A stretch of DNA of 63,792 nucleotides, filler included, from Reticulomyxa filosa (taxonomy: Eukaryota; Protista; Foraminifera), in the NCBI GenBank assembly GCA_000512085.1. It is 20 parts of 20 records of this genome, joined end to end, with 100 filler letters (N's around TTAATTAATTAA, not from the genome) between each part and the next. Parts side by side here need not be neighbours in the genome. Positions count along the whole stretch, not along the records: positions 61,732 to 63,792 come from ASPP01015399.1; 19 more parts are not named here. The stretch is one strand, 5' to 3'. The notes under the pieces are model-generated. The model ran no database searches. It worked only from the letters and a program-made list of their open reading frames with translations, and was not told where the DNA came from. Shown here one piece after another: positions 62,531-63,792 of the stretch. Numbering within the stretch: the stretch's first letter is position 1; the number at the start of each line of letters is the position of its first letter. Position numbers and translations under genes: made by a program.

Positions 62531-63485
62531 ATGTTAAGTATTCCGGTAAATGAGGAAATATTTATCCCAGGAGAAGTTTCGACGAAAACGAAAGTAGTTT
62601 TCGAAGACGTAACGCCGCGACATATGTTCAACGCTTGGTTTGGTAACAATTCGAACGGGAAATGGGAATCATTGCTAACGCGCTGTGGTTACGTGAAGCC
62701 CCAAGTCACGTATTCACCTTGGGAGCGGATTGTGGAAGATCAGGTACGACGAGTTTTTTTTTTTTTTTTGAAATGATCAAAATTCGAACTAAAAAAAAAA
62801 AAAAAAAGAAGGAAACAAAGGAGAAGAACGCACGATAGAAATAAGTTACGCTTCGAATGGTTTTTCCATTTTCTCAAAGAAGAAGACCATGATCGTGCAT
62901 CAATCGGTGTCATTCAGTAAAGTAAATGGTAAGTTGAATGCCAATGCATGACCCCAAAAAAAAAAAAAAAAAGCTTACTCATCATTTTTTTTTGTTGTCC
63001 TTCATATTGTTTTTTCCCCCCCCCCCCTTTTTTTATTTTTATTTTTTGCAGACAACCAAAAATAAAAAAAATGGAAACAATAGACATGATAACGGTATCC
63101 TCCTCATATGAGGATACCAGCCGCAACAATGGTGTTACGAGCAACGCGAATATGGTGGCAACGACGACGACGACGACGATGGCGACAACAACAACAGCAG
63201 CAACAGCAGCAACAGCAATGACAACGATAGCGACAACAGGGGGCAGTGCAAGCAAGGGAAGCATGCCAAGTATGCCTGAGAATAAAACCACAGCCGTAAC
63301 TGCAACTGCAACTGCAACTGCAATTGCAAATGCAACTCCAACTCCAAATTCAACTCTAAATGCAAATGCAAATGCAAATGCAAATGCAAATGAAAAAAAA
63401 GAATAAGATTCCTCAGTACATGACAGAACAGTGGGAGTTTTGTTCGACATCTGATTGCAAAACAAATCGAAGAGGACTTGACAAA

Positions 63486-63535
<50 letters not shown>

Positions 63536-63726
63536 GTAATGGTGATACAAGTGGAAGTGCAAGTGGTGTCGCTGCAGTAGCGAATGAGTCCAAACAACAT
63601 AATAACTCGAAAAACTGTGCTCTTGAATTCGTCTCCACTCTTTGCATATCGAAACTTCCTTGCAAACAAACCTACGATTGGTCCGATCCAAAATACTCGC
63701 TCCCTTCCAAAACTTGTTTTAAACAT
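62531..63726 (+). CDS. Hypothetical multi-exon protein, possibly a VASt (START-like) domain interrupted by low-complexity T/A/N tracts
   Basis: TPRHMFNAWFG...G.....YSPW...ERTIEISY...HQS spaced like a VASt domain. The frame is disrupted near 63400. Confidence 0.35.
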
Positions 63727-63731
63727 GTATA

Positions 63732-63770
<39 letters not shown>

Positions 63771-63792
63771 TTATATATGATATACAGAGACA

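Noticed and set aside
62914-63726. 270-aa minus-strand hydrophobic ORF
   Set aside because: Antisense of Thr/Ala/Asn microsatellite-coded tracts.

Overview
This window is AT-rich, intron-containing eukaryotic genomic DNA made of about 20 contigs joined by 19 identical artificial 100-nt spacers (N44-TTAATTAATTAA-N44). Adjacency across the spacers is unproven. The expanded WD40, Kelch, TPR and Gly-rich families and the intron style resemble the foraminiferan Reticulomyxa filosa (inference, not database-verified). Recognisable genes: MON1, NAE1, CIAO1, ABHD13, a KDM5-type demethylase, an RPA2-type winged helix, a GT61 glycosyltransferase, a pterin-aldehyde-reductase-like SDR, a RING/TRAF zinc-finger protein, a pentameric ligand-gated channel TM domain, an NLR-like STAND-pentapeptide-WD40 gene and an RNF213-like fragment. 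Most notable signals: (1) a decayed RNase-H-bearing LINE family whose conserved, structured 5' leader of about 600 nt repeatedly sits directly downstream of other copies (head-to-tail stacking); (2) many short introns with complementary poly(U)/poly(A) or microsatellite fold-backs and A-tracts where a polypyrimidine tract is expected; (3) an intronless bacterial-type 7-repeat propeller ectodomain apparently spliced onto a TMEM151 domain. Family assignments come from motif recognition by eye and exon boundaries are approximate.
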